Shown one piece after another: positions 33,467 through 36,596 of a DNA stretch of 36,596 nucleotides (the stretch's first letter is position 1; each line of letters starts with the position of its first letter). The translations under genes were made by a program, and so were the position numbers. A model generated the notes under the pieces. The model saw only the letters and a program-made list of their open reading frames with translations, was not told the DNA's origin and searched no databases. The stretch comes from an uncultured Candidatus Saccharibacteria bacterium (GTDB lineage Bacteria; Patescibacteriota; Andersenbacteria; UBA10190): contig CAZLVG010000002.1 in the NCBI GenBank assembly GCA_964562905.1, positions 1-36,596 on the forward strand, read 5' to 3'.

Positions 33467-33497
33467 CGTAATTACTAGTTGCTAGTTACCAGTTACT
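33467..33497 (+). repeat. Heptanucleotide array (CGTAATT ACTAGTT GCTAGTT ACCAGTT ACT), right flank of copy 2
   Basis: The TAA stop of the next gene (33495..33493 on the minus strand) is formed inside this array. Confidence 0.85.
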
Positions 33498-34392
33498 TAA
33501 TATCATACATCTCCTCCAGCGCCCGTATCCGCTCCGCCAGCTCCTGAAACACCGCCCCCAAATCCTCAATGTTTCGCGCCGCCACCAGCGCGCCCACGAA
33601 ATCCTGGTCCACGCGGGACAGCAGCTCGGCGTTGTCCCGCAGGGACCGCGAGGCGGCTACCAGTTTTATGTGCGTGTCTTTCACTTCCGCCGGCGCCGGC
33701 ACGGCCTTCAGTATCCCAACATTATCCGACAGCGCTTTTACCACCTGGTTCATGGGCTGCTTATCGCGCGCGTTGACCTGGGCCCGGAAGGCCGCTGCTA
33801 CGTCCGAGCTGGTAACTTCTTTTAACTGGTCGTTGTGGGCGGACGATATTTGGTCCAGATAAGCGGACACGGCTTCCTTGCCCTCTCCCGCGGCGACTTT
33901 GATGTCGTCTTCAGTTAAGGCGGGCATCAGCGCGCCCCGGTTTTTCTCCACGAACGCTTCCAGTTTGGCCTGGTCCAGTATGTCCTCCTGCGGTACATCC
34001 TCGGGCAAAGTGGCCAGGTAGCGCTGGGTGAAAGTTTTCTGCTGGGTCACCTGGCTGCCCGTGGCCGGCTTGACGGCGTCGTCCGGCCCCGGTATGCGCG
34101 GGTCCCGCCCGGCTATTATTTCGTCCAAGTCGCTCATGCCGTCGCCGTCGGTATCGGGGTTGTTAGGGTCCGTCTGGTAATACACCACCTCAAACATGTC
34201 GGCTACGCCGTCCTCGTCGCTATCCTGCTGGCGGTCGCCGGCGTACTCCCGCGCCGCCTCCTGCTCCGTTTTTTCCTCGGCTTCTTCCCTGAACAGCAGC
34301 GTCTTGCCGCCCCAGTACAAGCCGAACAAAATCGCCAGCACCACCGCCGTGATGGCGGCTACTTGCAGGCCCAGCCGGTTAATTTCCTTCAT
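33493..34392 (-). CDS. N-terminally anchored protein with thrombospondin-type-3-like Ca-binding Asp repeats and a helical C-terminal domain
   Basis: 299 aa. The TM is AAITAVVLAILFGLYWGGK. DSDEDGVADMFE and DPNNPDTDGDGMSDLDE are TSP3-like DxDxDG repeats. Confidence 0.7.
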   Translation of the reverse strand: MKEINRLGLQVAAITAVVLAILFGLYWGGKTLLFREEAEEKTEQEAAREYAGDRQQDSDEDGVADMFEVVYYQTDPNNPDTDGDGMSDLDEIIAGRDPRIPGPDDAVKPATGSQVTQQKTFTQRYLATLPEDVPQEDILDQAKLEAFVEKNRGALMPALTEDDIKVAAGEGKEAVSAYLDQISSAHNDQLKEVTSSDVAAAFRAQVNARDKQPMNQVVKALSDNVGILKAVPAPAEVKDTHIKLVAASRSLRDNAELLSRVDQDFVGALVAARNIEDLGAVFQELAERIRALEEMYDIK

Positions 34393-34435
34393 GAAGGATG
34401 CTAGAAACTAGTATCCCCATTATATGACATTTCCC

Positions 34436-34858
34436 CTAAAACTTCACCTCTGTTTCCGGCAAAAGTCTTCTTACCTTTTCCACTTCCTCCGCCGGCAACG
34501 GGTTGCCTCGTAAATCCAACATCTCCAATTCCCGCAAAGCAACTATTTCCTCTGGGACTTCTCTTATATTATTACCACTAACGTCCAACCAAGTAAGACT
34601 GGTTACAAAACTGACTCCTCTGGTCAAACTTGGCATCCTGCGGCCGCTTAAATCAAGCCCGCAAACCTGCTTGCCGGCTTTTATAAAGTCCTCCTGCGCC
34701 GCTTTCAAGTCTGTGTAAATCTCTTCGCACACTAAAGCTCCCTCCTCGCTCTCCTCTGCTCCTGGTAAAAACTGCCTGCCCTCGTACCAGACTAGCAGCA
34801 GGAAGGCGACCAGGAAAACCGCCGCCGCCAGGAATAACAGGCTCCTTTTCGCCGTCAT
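34436..34858 (-). CDS. Small N-terminally anchored leucine-rich-repeat protein
   Basis: 140 aa with a TM, an acidic linker, a Cys-capped LRR start (VCEEIYTDL...VCGLDLSGRRMPSL) and LRR units (LTWLDVSGNNIREVP, LEMLDLRGNPLP). It is a paralog of the next gene. Confidence 0.8.
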   Translation of the reverse strand: MTAKRSLLFLAAAVFLVAFLLLVWYEGRQFLPGAEESEEGALVCEEIYTDLKAAQEDFIKAGKQVCGLDLSGRRMPSLTRGVSFVTSLTWLDVSGNNIREVPEEIVALRELEMLDLRGNPLPAEEVEKVRRLLPETEVKF

Positions 34859-34859
34859 G

Positions 34860-35726
34860 CTAAAAATTCACCGTCGCGTTCGGCAAGAGTTTCCTTATTC
34901 TGTCCACTTCCTCCGCCGGCAGGGGATTGCCCCGTAACTCTAAACGCTCCAGTTCCGCTAATGTTGACGGCAGTAGGCTGCGGATTTGAGACAAAGGCAA
35001 CGATGACAATTGGTTGTTTCTTAGATCCAACACCACTAACTTTTTGGCGTAAATAATCTGGTCCGGGACCAGATTTATTTGGTTTCCCCGAACTATTAGT
35101 TTCCGCAGGTTAGGCGCACCTATGTTTTGGTGTACCTCCGTTAACTGGTTTCCTTCTAGATTTAATACCTCCAAATTTTTCATACCACCCACCCAATAGG
35201 GAAATTTAGTTATCTGATTGTAACTAAAATCAAGCTCCCTTAATTCCATCAGCCAGCCTAGTTGTGACGGCATTGTTGCCATTTGGTTTCCGCTGGCGTC
35301 CAGCTTCACCAGACTTTTCCTCAATTGCCCTATATCTCCGCTGATCTCCGTAAGCTGATTATCGCTGATGTCTAAAATAGCCAGATTTTTAAAGGATGCA
35401 ATTTCTTTCCCTAGCTTGGTCATATTTCCATTGCTAAGACTAAGCTCGCATACTTTCTCTGCGCTTTGCAGAGCTTTCTCTAGGTCTGTGTAGACCTGTT
35501 CCGGCGGGCACTCCAGCCTCACTTCAACTCGGGCCTCTTCTTCCTTCTTTTCCTCTTCCGGAGCCACCAGTAGTTTCTTCCCGCCCCAGTACAACCCGAA
35601 CAGCACTAATAAAACTACGGTGGTGACGGCAGCCACTTTAACTCCCACCTTAACGGCTGACTCCCCCCCGCCGTCTGGCGGCGTTGGCGGCGTGGCGGTA
35701 GGCTCGTCCATAGGATTATGATACAT
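34860..35726 (-). CDS. N-terminally anchored leucine-rich-repeat protein (about 8 LRR units)
   Basis: 288 aa. The TM is VAAVTTVVLLVLFGLYWGGK. Repeated LxxLxLxxNxLxxLP units are present (LAILDISDNQLTEISGDI, LVKLDASGNQMATMPSQL, LRELDFSYNQITKFP, LEVLNLEGNQLTEV and others). Confidence 0.85.
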   Translation of the reverse strand: MYHNPMDEPTATPPTPPDGGGESAVKVGVKVAAVTTVVLLVLFGLYWGGKKLLVAPEEEKKEEEARVEVRLECPPEQVYTDLEKALQSAEKVCELSLSNGNMTKLGKEIASFKNLAILDISDNQLTEISGDIGQLRKSLVKLDASGNQMATMPSQLGWLMELRELDFSYNQITKFPYWVGGMKNLEVLNLEGNQLTEVHQNIGAPNLRKLIVRGNQINLVPDQIIYAKKLVVLDLRNNQLSSLPLSQIRSLLPSTLAELERLELRGNPLPAEEVDRIRKLLPNATVNF

Positions 35727-35743
35727 TATAACGCGCTGAATGT

Positions 35744-36596
35744 TTAGGGGTTTAAGTGATGTACCACTTGTTTGTTAGCCAAGCATTCTTCCTTGGAAGT
35801 AATCCAGATGTCGTGAACCATGCGCGGCGTGGGACTGACTGAAGGCGAAGGCGATGGCGAAGGGCTGGGGGAAGGCGAAGGCGACGGCGAAGGGCTGGGG
35901 GAAGGCGAGGGCGATGGCGAAGGGCTGGGAGATGGCGACGGCGAAGGCGACGGCGAAGGGCTGGGGCTGGGGGAAGGCGAAGGCGAAGGGGGATTATCAT
36001 CGTTAGTAATGGTACAGACAAGGTGGACGTTAATGGTCGGGATGTAGGCCGCGCCGTCCGAGCTGCAGTTCCCTCCCCAGTCGGAGGCGGTGTAGCCAGC
36101 CAGCTCTGTCTCTGCCGCCGTGTGGTTTCCCGGAGCAACCGCCACCGTTGCTCTTCCCTGTTCGTCGAGCCACACCTCTCCCCCGTCCAGCGTCAGCTTA
36201 AAATCGTTCGGCTCTGCCGTCCCGCCGTCATCAGTAGTTACCGTCTTCACCAACGTAATGGTGGAAGAGATGTCGTCATTGGTCACCGTACACGTTATCT
36301 GCTCTCCCTCCTCCAGGGTTACACTGCCGTCCTCGCAGTCTCCCGAGCCTCCCGTCCAGCCCAGGTTTTCGTATCCGAATTGCCCTTTTTCGCTAATCTG
36401 GTACGTTCCCGGCGGCAGGGGGTTTTCTTCTCCACTTTGCACTTGGTCTTTGTCGATGAACAGGGCAAAGCTATCTGCGCTGGCCGTCCCGCCGTCATAG
36501 TTGTTTACTTTCTTGATCAAGGTGATGGACGATGTTGGCGGAGGCGAAGGGGGATTATCATCGTTAGTAATGGTACAGACAAGGTGGACGTTAATG
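35744..36596 (-). CDS. Repetitive surface protein: tandem prealbumin/Ig-like beta-sandwich domains plus a long (Ser-Pro)n linker; 5' end beyond the window
   Basis: The frame stays open upstream of the track TTG start (36520) to the window end (..[36 protein letters not shown]..). The domain pattern ITL(I/V)K.V..DDGGTA...DF.L is repeated. An (SP)n run of roughly 35 dipeptides follows. Confidence 0.8.
   Translation of the reverse strand, partial: INVHLVCTITNDDNPPSPPPTSSITLIKKVNNYDGGTASADSFALFIDKDQVQSGEENPLPPGTYQISEKGQFGYENLGWTGGSGDCEDGSVTLEEGEQITCTVTNDDISSTITLVKTVTTDDGGTAEPNDFKLTLDGGEVWLDEQGRATVAVAPGNHTAAETELAGYTASDWGGNCSSDGAAYIPTINVHLVCTITNDDNPPSPSPSPSPSPSPSPSPSPSPSPSPSPSPSPSPSPSPSPSPSPSPSPSPSVSPTPRMVHDIWITSKEECLANKQVVHHLNP
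35841..35990 (-). repeat. Coding tandem repeat (30-nt units) encoding the (Ser-Pro)n linker
   Basis: GAAGGCGAAGGCGATGGCGAAGGGCTGGGG-type units lie at 35841..35870, 35871..35900 and 35901..35930, then become degenerate up to about 35990. Confidence 0.85.

Noticed and set aside
35752-36138. ORFs 35752..36138 (-) and 35820..36047 (+) across the Ser-Pro repeat
   Set aside because: They are alternative frames of a simple coding repeat (read as RLR/GEG strings). The SP frame is continuous with the flanking beta-sandwich domains.

Overview
Origin-proximal chromosomal segment of a small-genome bacterium. Gene content and protein styles suggest a Patescibacteria/CPR-like organism, which is an inference. 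Left part (1-14.6 kb): a partial PgsA-like/LTD/PKD fusion gene missed by the ORF track, ruvB, a secreted hypothetical protein, a short YebC, ruvC, a two-gene 7TM plus ATP-grasp/retropepsin module, a class A PBP, a DUF721-like gene, recF, dnaN, an AT-rich DnaA-box region (oriC-like) and dnaA. Right of dnaA: rpmH (also missed by the track), rnpA, yidD, yidC and jag, then an envelope-glycan block (flippase, three GT2, two O-antigen-ligase-like genes). From 24.2 kb to the window end, a tightly packed minus-strand cluster encodes a minimal type IV secretion/pilus-like apparatus (pilin, VirB4, PrgI/VirB3-like, VirB6/TrbL-like). It also carries membrane-anchored LRR and calcium-repeat proteins and a repetitive surface protein. 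This cluster is interrupted twice by a 461-bp near-identical cassette carrying a four-helix-bundle (23S-IVS/Avd-like) gene flanked by inverted heptanucleotide tandem arrays. Related heptamer arrays sit inside and at the end of the two ligase-like genes. No rRNA, tRNA, CRISPR array, transposase, integrase or reverse transcriptase was seen. All family names come from reading motifs by eye and need HMM confirmation.
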